Assembly (NCBI GenBank): GCA_945883545.1
Contig: CAMCXT010000004.1
Span: 11,829 to 75,828, forward strand
DNA length: 64,000 bases
Origin: Chitinophaga pinensis
GTDB lineage: Bacteria > Bacteroidota > Bacteroidia > M30B66
Reading direction: 5' to 3'
The notes below the pieces were generated by a model, which did no database searches, had not been told where the DNA came from, and saw only the letters and a program-made list of their open reading frames with translations. Positions 27,367 through 38,177 of the stretch are shown here, piece after piece. Numbering within the stretch: position 1 is the first letter of the stretch; the number at the start of each line of letters is the position of its first letter. A program made the position numbers and the translations under genes.

Positions 27367-28589
27367 CGGCCGTTCAGCATTACTTTATCTACCAATTGGG
27401 TTCCAAATGCATAGGGTAAAAATGCAATGGATGGAATTTCGTGGCTCACAAATAAATTGGCTTTTTTCCCTTTAGTGATGCTTCCTAATTCTTGCTGCAC
27501 ATTCATCGCATAAGCCGAATTTATTGTTGCAGCATTGATGGCTTCTTCAGGCAACATGCGCAAATTCACACAAGCAAGACTTAAGATAAATTGCATTCTT
27601 CCAGAAGGAGATGAACCTGGATTGTAATCGCTTGCAAGTGCTACAGGTAAGCCTGCTTGAATCATTTCACGTGCAGGTGGTTGTTTCAACCGCAAGAAAA
27701 ATGCAGTAGAGGGCAGTAAAGTCGGCATGGTGTTGCTATTGAGGAGCACTTCCATTTCTTCTTCGCCAGTATATTCTAAGTGATCAACACTTCGGGCATC
27801 GAATTTCACACCTACTTGAATGCCACCAGAATAGTCGAGTTCGTTGGCGTGAATTTTTGCTTGTAAACCATACTTTGCAGCGTTTTCGAGGATTTCGGCA
27901 GTTTCATCAACTGTGAAAAAACCTTTGTCGCAGAACACATCCACAAAATCCGCTAAGCCTTCACTCGCCAATTGTGGCAGCATTTCTTGGGTAACTTTTT
28001 GGATGAATGCTGAACGGTTTCCCTTGTATTCCGCCGGCAAGGCGTGGGCTCCTAAAAATGTTGCTTTTATAGTAAGTGGCGTTGTTTCCTTCAAACGACG
28101 AATTACACGAAGCATTTTAATTTCATCTTCAGTGCTTAATCCATAACCACTTTTAATTTCTACAGCCCCAGTTCCATAGGTCATGATTTCCTCAGCTCGA
28201 ACCAATGCTTGGCGGTACAATTCGTCTTCGGAAGTTTGCTGAAGTCTAGCCGCAGAGTTTAATATTCCTCCGCCACGACGGGCAATTTCTTCATAACTCA
28301 GCCCATTGATTTTATCTACAAATTCACTTTCACGACTGCCCGCATAAACGATATGTGTATGCGAATCGCACCAACTTGGAAAAACGAATCTTCCTTTGCA
28401 GTCGTAGGTTTCAGCACTTCTTTCAGGACAATTTTCCATGGTTCCGTAATCGCTGATTTTTCCATCTTTCACCAACAACCAGGCGTTAGAAATTGAAGGC
28501 AAATGCGCCATTTCTGCTCCTTTTACCATAGTAAGTGCAGGTTCGCGAACTTGAATTAATTGTCCAATATTTACCAGTAAAACCTCCAT
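27357..28589 (-). CDS. hutI: Imidazolonepropionase
   Basis: DSHTH, EIKSGYGL, FLGAH, DVFCD, KIHANEL, VDHLE, SDYNPGSSP. Confidence 0.96.
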   Translation of the reverse strand: MEVLLVNIGQLIQVREPALTMVKGAEMAHLPSISNAWLLVKDGKISDYGTMENCPERSAETYDCKGRFVFPSWCDSHTHIVYAGSRESEFVDKINGLSYEEIARRGGGILNSAARLQQTSEDELYRQALVRAEEIMTYGTGAVEIKSGYGLSTEDEIKMLRVIRRLKETTPLTIKATFLGAHALPAEYKGNRSAFIQKVTQEMLPQLASEGLADFVDVFCDKGFFTVDETAEILENAAKYGLQAKIHANELDYSGGIQVGVKFDARSVDHLEYTGEEEMEVLLNSNTMPTLLPSTAFFLRLKQPPAREMIQAGLPVALASDYNPGSSPSGRMQFILSLACVNLRMLPEEAINAATINSAYAMNVQQELGSITKGKKANLFVSHEIPSIAFLPYAFGTQLVDKVMLNGRWI

Positions 28590-28649
28590 CGGTCGTAAGA
28601 ATTTTGTGCGAGTTTAGTTAAAATTGCTGATTCGATTTGCATCCTATTT

Positions 28650-29408
28650 TTATTCAGGTAAAAGTGAAATTTCACCATGCGAAAATCTAAATTCCTGATT
28701 TGATCTATCCAATAGGATGAGCTTTCCTTGGTGGTCGCATCCTGTAATTTTTCCTTCAAAAATTCGATCATTCGATTGCCACGATTGCCATTCATCCCGT
28801 TTCCAAAGTGCATAGTTGAATGCTTCCTCGATTTGATCAATTTTCCCAGATTTCAATCGCAAGTACCATCCTTCCAAAAAAGAGGATAAGGTTGCAAGCA
28901 CATGCTTTACATCGACTGTTGCACCAAGTTCAAGTTTCAATGAAACAGGATTCCCAGAACCTTCTTCGAAATTCTCTTGGTTCACGTTGAAGCCAATCCC
29001 TGCCAAGGTGCTGACAATCTGTCCTGCGTGGACGGCGTTTTCTACCAAGATCCCTGACAGCTTCTTGTTTTCCAATAAAATATCGTTTGGCCACTTAATT
29101 CGAATGAAACTTCCTGGGCAAAATGCTTCCGCAGTGTCGTGAACCGCCAAAGCAATTGCCTTATTGAGGAGGAATTGGTCCTTCAGCAGCAGCCAATTTG
29201 GTTTAAGAATGAAAGTGCAAAGCAGGTTTTCACCTGGCGTACTTTTCCAGGTATTCGAACGCTGTCCACGCCCAGAAGACTGGTAGTTGGCTGTCACAAC
29301 AGTGCCCTCCGGCGTGCCAACCTGACGCAGCATTTCAGCGGCATAATTGTTGGTTGAGGCCGTTTCGTTCAAATGAATATGATTCCTGCCAATAAACAAG
29401 GTTTCCAC
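28650..29408 (-). CDS. birA: Biotin--[acetyl-CoA carboxylase] ligase
   Basis: STN, QSSGRGQR, IKWPNDI, KKLSGILVEN, GIGFNVNQ. Start taken at the GTG giving METLFIG. Confidence 0.93.
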   Translation of the reverse strand: METLFIGRNHIHLNETASTNNYAAEMLRQVGTPEGTVVTANYQSSGRGQRSNTWKSTPGENLLCTFILKPNWLLLKDQFLLNKAIALAVHDTAEAFCPGSFIRIKWPNDILLENKKLSGILVENAVHAGQIVSTLAGIGFNVNQENFEEGSGNPVSLKLELGATVDVKHVLATLSSFLEGWYLRLKSGKIDQIEEAFNYALWKRDEWQSWQSNDRIFEGKITGCDHQGKLILLDRSNQEFRFSHGEISLLPE

Positions 29409-29422
29409 ACCGGCAGAAATAC

Positions 29423-29430
29423 TAAATTTG
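29423..29430 (+). promoter_or_regulatory. -7 element TAAATTTG for rsfS-ftsH
   Basis: Exact TAnnTTTG about 25 nt before the rsfS ATG. Confidence 0.6.
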
Positions 29431-29455
29431 CGCGACATATTACTCATCAAACTGA

Positions 29456-29845
29456 ATGAAAAAAAAGGCAGAAGTTCTTGCCAAGGACGAAAATCAAATG
29501 ATGCTTGATAGCATTGTTAAAGGCATAGAAGAAAAAAAAGGCAACAATATTCAAATCTTCGATTTACGCGAGATTGGTTATGCTGTATGTGATTATTTCG
29601 TGATTTGTAACGCAGATTCAGGCACTCAAGTAGATGCCATCGCTTATTCTGTAGAACATGAAGTGAAAGTAAATACAGGAAGATCACCTTGGAAAAGTGA
29701 AGGATTCGAAAACAGAGAATGGATCCTCGTGGATTACTCTAATATCGTTGTTCATGTTTTCCAAACTCAAATTAGAGAATTTTATAAACTTGAACGTCTT
29801 TGGGCTGACGCCATAGTGAAAGTGATTTCACCAGAAGTCGAGTAA
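29456..29845 (+). CDS. rsfS: Ribosome silencing factor
   Basis: EKKG..I..FDLR..CDYFVIC..TQV.AIA..EWILVDY..VVHVF..REFYKLERLW. Confidence 0.96.
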   Translation: MKKKAEVLAKDENQMMLDSIVKGIEEKKGNNIQIFDLREIGYAVCDYFVICNADSGTQVDAIAYSVEHEVKVNTGRSPWKSEGFENREWILVDYSNIVVHVFQTQIREFYKLERLWADAIVKVISPEVE

Positions 29846-29900
29846 TACCAAACTTTAAGCGTCTTCGTTTGTTTCGTTCGAAGCGCATACCGCACATAAA

Positions 29901-32051
29901 ATGGCCAACCAACCAGAACCAAACAACACCGAAGGCAATAAGCCCCAAGGCAATAAACTCGGAAAAAAGCTCTTCCCAACATCCAGTAAAGGTCGCACCG
30001 GCGGTCCAGGCGGAAACAATTTCTACTGGATTTACGGTATCATCATCCTGCTTTTTATTGGAAGTTATTTCTACAACACAGGAACTTCCTCACGTGATGT
30101 GTCAACTGAGAAGTTCAGCGAAATGCTCTCCAATGGTGATGTTAAGGAAATTACTGTTGTTAACCGAGAATTTGCAGAGATCACCATCCGCAAGGAAAAA
30201 CTCTCCGATCCCAAATACCGCGATCTAAAATCGCCTTCAATGTCTGTGTCGGCCGATAAAGGTCCACACTACGTTTACAACATCGGATCTATCGAAGAAC
30301 TCAGCAAGCAAATCGAAGAATCGCAGGTTGCCATCACCGATCCCAAATTAAAAGTAAAACCCAACTACACTTCCCGTAAAAACTGGGGAGGAGAAGTAAT
30401 TTCTTGGGTGATCTTACTTGGTGTTGTTTTCCTATTTTGGATGCTACTGATCCGCAGAATGGGCGGCGGCGGCGGCGGCGGTCAAATCTTCAACATCGGA
30501 AAAAGCCGCGCACAACTTTTCGACAAAGACACATCGGTATCTATCACATTCGACAATGTAGCCGGATTGGATGAAGCCAAAGTGGAAATCAAAGAGATCG
30601 TCGATTTCCTTAAGAATCCTAAAAAATACACGACCCTTGGAGGTAAAATTCCTCGTGGTGCATTGCTAGTTGGCCCTCCGGGGACAGGTAAAACGCTTCT
30701 TGCCAAGGCCGTTGCAGGCGAGGCACAGGTGCCGTTTTTCTCCCTTTCAGGATCCGACTTCGTAGAAATGTTTGTGGGCGTGGGTGCTTCCCGCGTTCGT
30801 GATCTTTTCAAGCAAGCCAAGGAAAAAGCACCAGCGATTATCTTTATTGATGAGATCGACGCGATCGGTCGTGCCCGTGGAAAAAATCCAATGGCAGGTG
30901 CAAATGATGAGCGCGAAAATACACTCAATCAGCTTCTTACCGAAATGGATGGATTCGGCACCAACAGTGGTGTTATCATCTTAGCTGCAACCAACCGTGC
31001 TGATATTCTCGATAGAGCGTTGTTGCGTCCAGGTCGTTTCGACCGTCAGATTTATGTAGAGCTTCCAGACTTAAACGGAAGAAAAGAAATTTTCAAAGTA
31101 CACTTGAAGCCTGTGAAAACAGACGATAGTTTGGATATTGATTTCTTGTCTAGACAAACACCAGGTTTCTCAGGTGCCGATATTGCCAATGTTTGTAATG
31201 AAGCGGCTTTGATTGCAGCACGTAAAAACAAGGATTTCGTTGGTAAACAAGATTTCTTGGACGCTGTCGACAGAATTATCGGTGGTTTAGAAAAGAAAAA
31301 CAAGATCATTTCTCAACATGAGAAAGAAGTGATTGCTTACCACGAAGCAGGCCATGCCACAACTTCATGGTTGCTAGAACATGCATCACCACTGGTAAAA
31401 GTAACTATCGTACCACGCGGTCAATCGTTGGGTGCTGCTTGGTACCTTCCAGAAGAACGTCAGATTACCACTTTCGACCAGATGCTCGATGAAATGTGCG
31501 CTGCACTTGGCGGGCGTGTTGCTGAAGACATCATTTTCGGAAAAGTGTCGACTGGTGCGCTAAGCGATTTGGAGAAAATCACTAAACAAGCGTATGCTAT
31601 CGTGACCATTTACGGATTGAACGAAAGAATTGGAAACATCAGCTATTACGATTCTACTGGGCAGTCGGAATATTCATTTGGGAAGCCTTACAGTGAGAAA
31701 ACGGCTGAAGCAATCGATGAGGAAGTGAAGAAACTCGTTGATATGGCTTATGCGCGTACCAAGGTGATCCTCACCGAAAACAAAGACAAGCTTACCATGC
31801 TGGCCACGAAGTTGCTCGAGCAAGAAGTGATTTTCAGAGAAGATTTGGAAGACATTTTCGGTATTCGCCCGTTCGATAGAGACCAAGAAGGTAACTTCAC
31901 CGCTGGTGAGATGTCGAAAGCTTTCAAGGAAGACAAACAACACCAAGCTGATCAGGCTATTATTGCTGATGCAAAAGCAAAATCTGAATTGCCATCGGAA
32001 GTTGTTGAAAGCTCCGAGAAAACCGACAACGAACCATCATCATCAAATTAA
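29901..32051 (+). CDS. ftsH: ATP-dependent zinc metalloprotease FtsH
   Basis: Two TMs, [36 protein letters not shown]. Confidence 0.98.
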   Translation: MANQPEPNNTEGNKPQGNKLGKKLFPTSSKGRTGGPGGNNFYWIYGIIILLFIGSYFYNTGTSSRDVSTEKFSEMLSNGDVKEITVVNREFAEITIRKEKLSDPKYRDLKSPSMSVSADKGPHYVYNIGSIEELSKQIEESQVAITDPKLKVKPNYTSRKNWGGEVISWVILLGVVFLFWMLLIRRMGGGGGGGQIFNIGKSRAQLFDKDTSVSITFDNVAGLDEAKVEIKEIVDFLKNPKKYTTLGGKIPRGALLVGPPGTGKTLLAKAVAGEAQVPFFSLSGSDFVEMFVGVGASRVRDLFKQAKEKAPAIIFIDEIDAIGRARGKNPMAGANDERENTLNQLLTEMDGFGTNSGVIILAATNRADILDRALLRPGRFDRQIYVELPDLNGRKEIFKVHLKPVKTDDSLDIDFLSRQTPGFSGADIANVCNEAALIAARKNKDFVGKQDFLDAVDRIIGGLEKKNKIISQHEKEVIAYHEAGHATTSWLLEHASPLVKVTIVPRGQSLGAAWYLPEERQITTFDQMLDEMCAALGGRVAEDIIFGKVSTGALSDLEKITKQAYAIVTIYGLNERIGNISYYDSTGQSEYSFGKPYSEKTAEAIDEEVKKLVDMAYARTKVILTENKDKLTMLATKLLEQEVIFREDLEDIFGIRPFDRDQEGNFTAGEMSKAFKEDKQHQADQAIIADAKAKSELPSEVVESSEKTDNEPSSSN

Positions 32052-32063
32052 ACTGGATACATT

Positions 32064-32267
32064 ATGGAACTTAACTGGAAATTGATTCTCTCAGATTCTG
32101 ATAGTCACCACGTGCGTTTGATGCAATCTGTGCTCGAAAGTGAAGGTCTGCAAACCAGCATGATAGATCATTCTGATTCAGCTTTTCCTTCAACTGCAGA
32201 ATCTGAATTGTATGTTCTGGAGGCCGATTTTGAAAAGGCTTCTGCCATCATTGCTGATCAAAAGTAA
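32064..32267 (+). CDS. DUF2007-like small protein
   Basis: 67 aa; QSVLESEG...ELYV...DFEKA pattern; in the ftsH-cdsA operon. Confidence 0.7.
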   Translation: MELNWKLILSDSDSHHVRLMQSVLESEGLQTSMIDHSDSAFPSTAESELYVLEADFEKASAIIADQK

Positions 32268-32276
32268 GATCGAGCC

Positions 32277-33116
32277 TTGCGGACGAGGATAATTACCGGA
32301 ATACTCTTCGGAATAGCACTTATCGGTGGGATTTTATTTTCACAGTACACTTTTGTTGTGCTGTTGTTGGCGATCCTATTTATCGGTCAGCGTGAGTTGT
32401 TTCAATTGCTCGTCACTCCTGCGATTGATGCCAAACCTAGTCGATTTTTATCTACGCTTTTAAGCCTCACCGTTTTTGGTGGTTTTATCTTTTTTCCGGT
32501 ATTAGACAATGCCATCGGGATAAGCCCTTTAAATTATTATCTGTATTTCTCTTCCATCATTTTGTTGATTTCGGCATTGATGGTTTATGAACTGTTTCGC
32601 GCAAGTGCAACGGCCATTCAAAACATTGCAGCTGCATTTCTAGGGCCTGTTTATCTAGCAATTCCATTGGGATTCCTAGTATTGATTGCCATTTATCCTG
32701 ACGGAGGATTTCATCCGTGGACGGTCCTGTTCTTTTTCTTTTTCATGTGGTCGTCCGATACGGGTGCTTATTTCACGGGAAGATTCTTTGGAAAAACCAA
32801 GCTTCTCGAACGCTTATCGCCCAAGAAGACCATCGAAGGATTTTTTGGAGGAATGATCGTCGCTGCATTGATGGGAATTGCCGCTTGGAGTGTTTTGGGG
32901 ATGATTCCTTTGTGGACTTGGATGCTAATCGGTGCATTGATGGCATTTACCGGAACGGCTGGTGATCTTTTCGAATCGATGCTGAAACGTCAAGCTGGCA
33001 TCAAAGATTCTGGGAATCTACTTCCCGGTCATGGTGGGGTTTTAGATCGTTTCGATTCCACATTCCTTTCTGCACCATTGTTTTGGTTGCTCCTCAAATT
33101 GTCGGATTTTATCTAA
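32277..33116 (+). CDS. cdsA: Phosphatidate cytidylyltransferase
   Basis: SDTGAYF.G, SPKKTIEG, GDLFESMLKR..IKDSG..LPGHGG.LDRFDS. Confidence 0.96.
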   Translation: MRTRIITGILFGIALIGGILFSQYTFVVLLLAILFIGQRELFQLLVTPAIDAKPSRFLSTLLSLTVFGGFIFFPVLDNAIGISPLNYYLYFSSIILLISALMVYELFRASATAIQNIAAAFLGPVYLAIPLGFLVLIAIYPDGGFHPWTVLFFFFFMWSSDTGAYFTGRFFGKTKLLERLSPKKTIEGFFGGMIVAALMGIAAWSVLGMIPLWTWMLIGALMAFTGTAGDLFESMLKRQAGIKDSGNLLPGHGGVLDRFDSTFLSAPLFWLLLKLSDFI

Positions 33117-33147
33117 TACGGTTCATCCGTTTGCAAGGATGGTTCAG
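33117..33147 (+). promoter_or_regulatory. Putative LytTR operator (GGTTCA direct repeats, 21-bp period)
   Basis: ggttca at 33120 and 33141, upstream of an operon ending in a LytTR regulator. Confidence 0.5.
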
Positions 33148-33227
33148 AATCAAGAATCGACACTTTGTCGGATTTTGAATATGTAATTTATAGATCAAGC
33201 ACACTTTTGTGGAATAATCTTAAAATT

Positions 33228-35606
33228 ATGTCTACACCACATTTCTCAATTCGAATCATTGTAGCCCTGATCTTCTTTTCGGGCAGCATTTCTGCACAAA
33301 CTATTCTTCAAACCATCCGCGGAAGCGTTTCAGAAAAAGGCACCCAAATGCCCATTCCAGGTGCAGCTATAATTATCGAAGGAAGTTCGCCACTAAAAGG
33401 TACAACCACCGATTTAGATGGTAAATTCAGGTTGGCTGAAGTTCCAGTTGGTAGGCCAACCATAAGAATTTCGATGGTTGGTTATAGCGCTGTTCGATTG
33501 AGCAATATTGTTCTTACTTCTTCGAAGGAATTGTTGCTAACAATTGAATTGGATCCTCAGGTTATTGTTGGAAAGGAAGTTGAAATTGTAGCACGCATGG
33601 ACAAAGACAAGCCACTCAATGAATTGTCGGTTGTGAGTTCAAGAACCTTTTCGGTTGATGAGGCTCAACGGTATGCAGGAAGCTTCGGAGATCCCGCTCG
33701 ATTGGTAACCAGTTTTGCTGGTGTAGTTGCCGGAAACGACCAACGAAACGATATCGTGGTTCGTGGAAATTCACCTTTGGGAATTCTTTGGAGATTAGAG
33801 GGGATCGATATTCCATCGCCAAACCATTTTTCTGGTTCTGGAACTTCAGGAGGTGCAGTTTCGGCATTGAACACAAATTTGTTGGCGAACAGCGACTTTA
33901 GTTCTGGTGCTTTTGCAGCCGAATATGGCAATGCAACATCAGGTGCATTTGATGTGAAAATGCGCAATGGAAATAACGAAAAACATGAATTTATTGGACA
34001 AATTAGTTTCAATGGATTTGAATTTGGCGCTGAAGGCCCGTTGGGAAAAAAAGGCAAAGCATCCTACATGGCTTCATACAGATATTCAACACTTGGAGCT
34101 TTTGATGCAGTTGGAATTGAATTCGTTAAAGGAGGAGTGCCGCAATACCAAGATTTAAATTTTAAATTCAACTTTCCGCACAAAAAAGGATATACATCCA
34201 TATTCGGGATTTTAGGAACGAGCGATATCTTCTTTCCAGGCGAAGTCGATAGCTTAGTCTGGAAAGATTCTCCAGATGATCAGCAAGACTTAAGAAATGG
34301 CTCTGATGTGGCTGTTTTAGGGCTAAATCATCTCATATTTTTAAATACGAACAATACATTAAAATTCACGGTTGCAGGTACTGGAAATAAGTTCAGAACG
34401 CTAGTAGATTCAATTACTCCAGACTATTCTAAAATTGAGGATTTTAGTTCAGCTATTACGGAAAACAAATTGCTGCTAAACACCGTGCTTAATTCAAAAT
34501 TGAGTCAAAGATTATTTCTCAGAAGTGGATTTATTTTTAGTAGAATGTTTTATGAAAATGATGTACGACTTTTCAATAGCAGCAAAGGAATTTCAGAATC
34601 CTTGATCAATTTCAAAGGTAATGGAGACTTGTTGCAAGCATACAGTCAGTTACAAATAAAAGCTTCCGAAAAGTGGACTTTTAACCTAGGCTTGCATGGT
34701 ATTCACTTTTCGATCAATCAGAAAACCTCTATCGAACCTCGAGCTTCAGTTAAGTTCCAAGCGGCTTCCAATCAATCGATTAGTTTAGGTTATGGTCGTC
34801 ACAGCAGGGTGCTGCCGATTAATATTTATTTAAGAGAAACAATCGCTTCGGATGGAACCACCAGTAGAACCAACGAGGACCTTGATTTATTGATGGCCGA
34901 TCATTTGGTTTTAGGATACGACTGGTTAATCAAAGAGAATTTACGCTTGAAATCGGAAGTTTACTATCAGCAATTGAGTAAAGTAGGGGTTCAAGATGGC
35001 CGTTCATCATCACTTTCGGTATTGAATTTCGGTTCCGATTTCGGCGATGTAATTGGTCCAGACAGTTTGGTAGGCAAAGGTTCAGGAGAAAATATTGGTG
35101 TCGAATTGACTTTGGAAAAGTTTTTTAGTAAGAATTACTATTTCCTAATTACTGGTAGCATTTACGATAGCAAATACAAGGGTTCTGATGGAGTTGAAAG
35201 AAATACAGCATTCAACAATCAATTCGCCTTAAATGTATTGGCAGGAAAGGAGATTCCAGTAGGAAAAAGCAAGCAAAATACACTTGTTTTTAGCTTTAGA
35301 ACTGTGGCTACTGGTGGCATGTGGACTTCTCCAATCGATTTACAAGCATCACAAGTTGCAGGAACAGAAGTTCGAGTTGAAAGTCAGGCCAACATGCAAC
35401 AATTGAAAGATTATTTTAGAACAGATATTCGAATTGGCTTCAGACGAAACAAAAAGAAATTTTCGGAAGAATATGGATTTGATATTCAAAACGTATTTAA
35501 CCGTCAAAATGTGTTTAGCGAAAGATTCAATCCATTGTCGGGCAACATTATTAGCAACAATCAAGTTGGTTTTTTCCCAATGGCATTGTACCGAATTACA
35601 TTTTAA
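33228..35606 (+). CDS. TonB-dependent receptor
   Basis: QTIRGSV..TTTDLDGKF, RYAGSFGDPAR..RNDIVVRGNSP, terminal YRITF. Start taken at MSTPHF. Confidence 0.92.
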   Translation: MSTPHFSIRIIVALIFFSGSISAQTILQTIRGSVSEKGTQMPIPGAAIIIEGSSPLKGTTTDLDGKFRLAEVPVGRPTIRISMVGYSAVRLSNIVLTSSKELLLTIELDPQVIVGKEVEIVARMDKDKPLNELSVVSSRTFSVDEAQRYAGSFGDPARLVTSFAGVVAGNDQRNDIVVRGNSPLGILWRLEGIDIPSPNHFSGSGTSGGAVSALNTNLLANSDFSSGAFAAEYGNATSGAFDVKMRNGNNEKHEFIGQISFNGFEFGAEGPLGKKGKASYMASYRYSTLGAFDAVGIEFVKGGVPQYQDLNFKFNFPHKKGYTSIFGILGTSDIFFPGEVDSLVWKDSPDDQQDLRNGSDVAVLGLNHLIFLNTNNTLKFTVAGTGNKFRTLVDSITPDYSKIEDFSSAITENKLLLNTVLNSKLSQRLFLRSGFIFSRMFYENDVRLFNSSKGISESLINFKGNGDLLQAYSQLQIKASEKWTFNLGLHGIHFSINQKTSIEPRASVKFQAASNQSISLGYGRHSRVLPINIYLRETIASDGTTSRTNEDLDLLMADHLVLGYDWLIKENLRLKSEVYYQQLSKVGVQDGRSSSLSVLNFGSDFGDVIGPDSLVGKGSGENIGVELTLEKFFSKNYYFLITGSIYDSKYKGSDGVERNTAFNNQFALNVLAGKEIPVGKSKQNTLVFSFRTVATGGMWTSPIDLQASQVAGTEVRVESQANMQQLKDYFRTDIRIGFRRNKKKFSEEYGFDIQNVFNRQNVFSERFNPLSGNIISNNQVGFFPMALYRITF

Positions 35607-35647
35607 TAATCATTCAGCTATTTTAGAAATTACCTAAATTCATCACC

Positions 35648-36301
35648 ATGGAAGCAACCAAAATTGGGCTCTACTTGCACATTGCAGGCGGTATGCTCGG
35701 ACTGATCACAGGTTTTGTCAATACCCTAAACCGCAAAGGATCAACATTTCATCGTAACTCAGGTAAAGCGTATGTTTTATCGATGTTTGTGGCAACTTTA
35801 TCTGGGGTTTTGCTTGCTTTTTTGAAGGAAAATCAATTCCTTTTTTTAATTGGAATTTTTAGTTTTTACTTGTGTTTTTCAGGATGGAGAGTACTTAATT
35901 ATCAATCATTGCAGCCATTTAAAGCCAAGAAAATTGATATAGTGGTGGCTTCAATTACTGTGCTTTTTTCAGTTTTTATGATTTTTACTGGAATCTATGA
36001 TATTGCAACAAGTAAAATCGTCATTAATCCAGTATTACTAATCTTTGGTTCAGGTGGTTTGTTTATTTCTGTAGCTGATTTGAAAAAGTTTTTACAATCT
36101 TCTCAATCAATTCCGGAACCTTTAAATTGGCTTTATACTCATGTGGCTCGGATGGGAGGTTCTTACATTTCAGCTGTTACTGCTTTTATTGTAGTTAATA
36201 TCACTTCATTGCCTCCATTAATTTTGTGGTTAGGACCAAGTTTAATTGGTACTATCTTTATCACCTATTCTATCAGAAAATTGAAAATACAAAATCAATG
36301 A
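35648..36301 (+). CDS. DUF2306-like membrane protein
   Basis: LHIAGG..RKGSTFHRNSGKAY..WLYTHVARMGGSYISAVTAF. Confidence 0.75.
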   Translation: MEATKIGLYLHIAGGMLGLITGFVNTLNRKGSTFHRNSGKAYVLSMFVATLSGVLLAFLKENQFLFLIGIFSFYLCFSGWRVLNYQSLQPFKAKKIDIVVASITVLFSVFMIFTGIYDIATSKIVINPVLLIFGSGGLFISVADLKKFLQSSQSIPEPLNWLYTHVARMGGSYISAVTAFIVVNITSLPPLILWLGPSLIGTIFITYSIRKLKIQNQ

Positions 36302-36323
36302 TATTTCTGTAAAATCATCTTAT

Positions 36324-37358
36324 ATGAAAGGGATTTTCCGCCAAGGTAAGTACTCTATATTCATCGACTTAATCATCATGTTGGTGGTGGGTTGTTTGAT
36401 TATATTTTACTTCAGCACCAGTAATTTTTTAAGTGGAAAGGGGAGTTCTGAATATGCATCTCATGCTGGATTTTCAATATTAATCACGTTCACACTTTAC
36501 TTTTTATTTCGATGGATGTTCGGTTTTTTAAATGCGAATTTTCCATGGAAAGAGTCAATTGCTAAGCGATTAATGATCGAAATTCCGTTGATCCTTGCAA
36601 TTTCAGTTGGAGCAATGATGGCCTTCACACTCATGTGGAACGGAATTCTTGGAAGAGAAACAGTTTCTGCAGAGCTATTTACGAATTGTACGATTGCTTT
36701 GTTGGTTTCACTGATTGTTAATTTGTTTACTGAAGGTTCTAATTTGTTTAAATTGTATCGTGAATCAGCGGTTGGTGTGGAGGTTCTAAAGCGTAAAACC
36801 TTGGAATCGCATTTTGAAACTTTGAAAAGTCAGGTTGCACCGCATTTTCTATTTAATAGTTTGAACACTTTAATTGCATTAATCGATGAGAATCCGCAAA
36901 CTGCAAAAGATTTTGTTCAGCATTTGGCCAACTACTATAGATATTCGATGCAGATTAATTCCCGCGAAACTGTAGAATTAGACACTGAATTAAATTTGGT
37001 TCGGAATTATATCTTTTTACTTACCAGCCGTTTTGGTGATAATCTAAAGGTCCAGTTCCCTGATAAATCAAGCGATTTCGATAAACATGTTATTCCACTG
37101 GCTATTCAATTGTTGGTCGAAAATGCGGTGAAGCACAATATTATATCTTCCTCTAAACCACTGCATGTTTCAATCTTAATTCAGCAGGAAGTGCTTATTG
37201 TGAGAAACAATTTGCAAAAGAAAGATGCCTCTGAATTTTCGAATCGATTGGGTTTATCGAATATTCAGAATAGATATGAAATTGTATCTGGAAAATCGAT
37301 TGTCGTTCAAGAAACACAGGATCATTTTGAAGTTCAATTACCTTTATTAAATAGATAA
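36324..37358 (+). CDS. LytS/YehU-type sensor histidine kinase
   Basis: N-terminal TMs; LKSQVAPHFLFNSLN; QLLVENAVKHN; GLSNI..RY. Confidence 0.93.
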   Translation: MKGIFRQGKYSIFIDLIIMLVVGCLIIFYFSTSNFLSGKGSSEYASHAGFSILITFTLYFLFRWMFGFLNANFPWKESIAKRLMIEIPLILAISVGAMMAFTLMWNGILGRETVSAELFTNCTIALLVSLIVNLFTEGSNLFKLYRESAVGVEVLKRKTLESHFETLKSQVAPHFLFNSLNTLIALIDENPQTAKDFVQHLANYYRYSMQINSRETVELDTELNLVRNYIFLLTSRFGDNLKVQFPDKSSDFDKHVIPLAIQLLVENAVKHNIISSSKPLHVSILIQQEVLIVRNNLQKKDASEFSNRLGLSNIQNRYEIVSGKSIVVQETQDHFEVQLPLLNR

Positions 37359-37359
37359 T

Positions 37360-38124
37360 ATGCATTTATTGATTGTAGAAGACGAGCCTCTCGCAGCAAA
37401 ACGGTTGTATGGATTGATTGAAGAACTTAATATCGATTTTTCGAAAGTTTCATTTTGCGATAGCATCGAATCAGCTGTAAAGTTTTTTCAGCAATCTGCC
37501 TTGCCCGATTTGGTATTTATGGACATAGAACTCGCAGATGGTAGAAGCTTTACCATTTTTGAGCAAGTGCAAGTGAATTGCCCCGTCATTTTCACAACAG
37601 CATATGATGAACATGCGTTGGAAGCTTTCAAAGTGAATTCTATCGATTACTTGCTCAAACCAATTGAACCCAAGGAGCTACAGCGAGCAGTAGAGAAATG
37701 GGAAACCTTCCATTTGAAATCCAATGTGGATGGCGAATTGGCACGTTTTAATCAACTCATCCATCGTTTACAATTAAATCAAGAATACCGATCAAGAATC
37801 GTTGTGAGCAAATCGGATAGCTTGATCCCTCTTGATATGCAAGATGTTGCATGGATTTATGCTGAAGATAAATTAAACTTTATTGGCACATTTAACAGAG
37901 ATGTTTATCCGATCAACCAATCGCTCGATGAACTGCATCGTGAAATGAATCCAATGGATTTTCACCGTGCAAATAGATCATTGATTGTGCACCGTAAGGC
38001 GATCATTAAAGCCAGTTTTCACTTCAATGGGAAGCTCAAATTGCACTTGAATCCTGATCCTGAAATGGAAGTTTTTGTGAGCCGCGAACGAGCTCAAGCC
38101 TTCAAAAACTGGCTCGGAGCTTAA
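37360..38124 (+). CDS. LytTR family response regulator
   Basis: IVEDEPLA, FMDIEL, FTTAYDE, DYLLKP; LytTR domain FHRANRS..VSRER. Confidence 0.95.
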   Translation: MHLLIVEDEPLAAKRLYGLIEELNIDFSKVSFCDSIESAVKFFQQSALPDLVFMDIELADGRSFTIFEQVQVNCPVIFTTAYDEHALEAFKVNSIDYLLKPIEPKELQRAVEKWETFHLKSNVDGELARFNQLIHRLQLNQEYRSRIVVSKSDSLIPLDMQDVAWIYAEDKLNFIGTFNRDVYPINQSLDELHREMNPMDFHRANRSLIVHRKAIIKASFHFNGKLKLHLNPDPEMEVFVSRERAQAFKNWLGA

Positions 38125-38177
38125 GCGCTTGGAGGCTCGATTGGAAAGTTTAGTTTTGCAAGTTCAAGCTTGATCTT

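Noticed and set aside
27357-28589. hutI without other hut genes
   Set aside because: Dispersed hut genes are common in Bacteroidota.
30461-30483. (GGC)n run in ftsH as a possible phase-variable repeat
   Set aside because: It is an in-frame triplet run encoding the usual Gly linker before the AAA domain.
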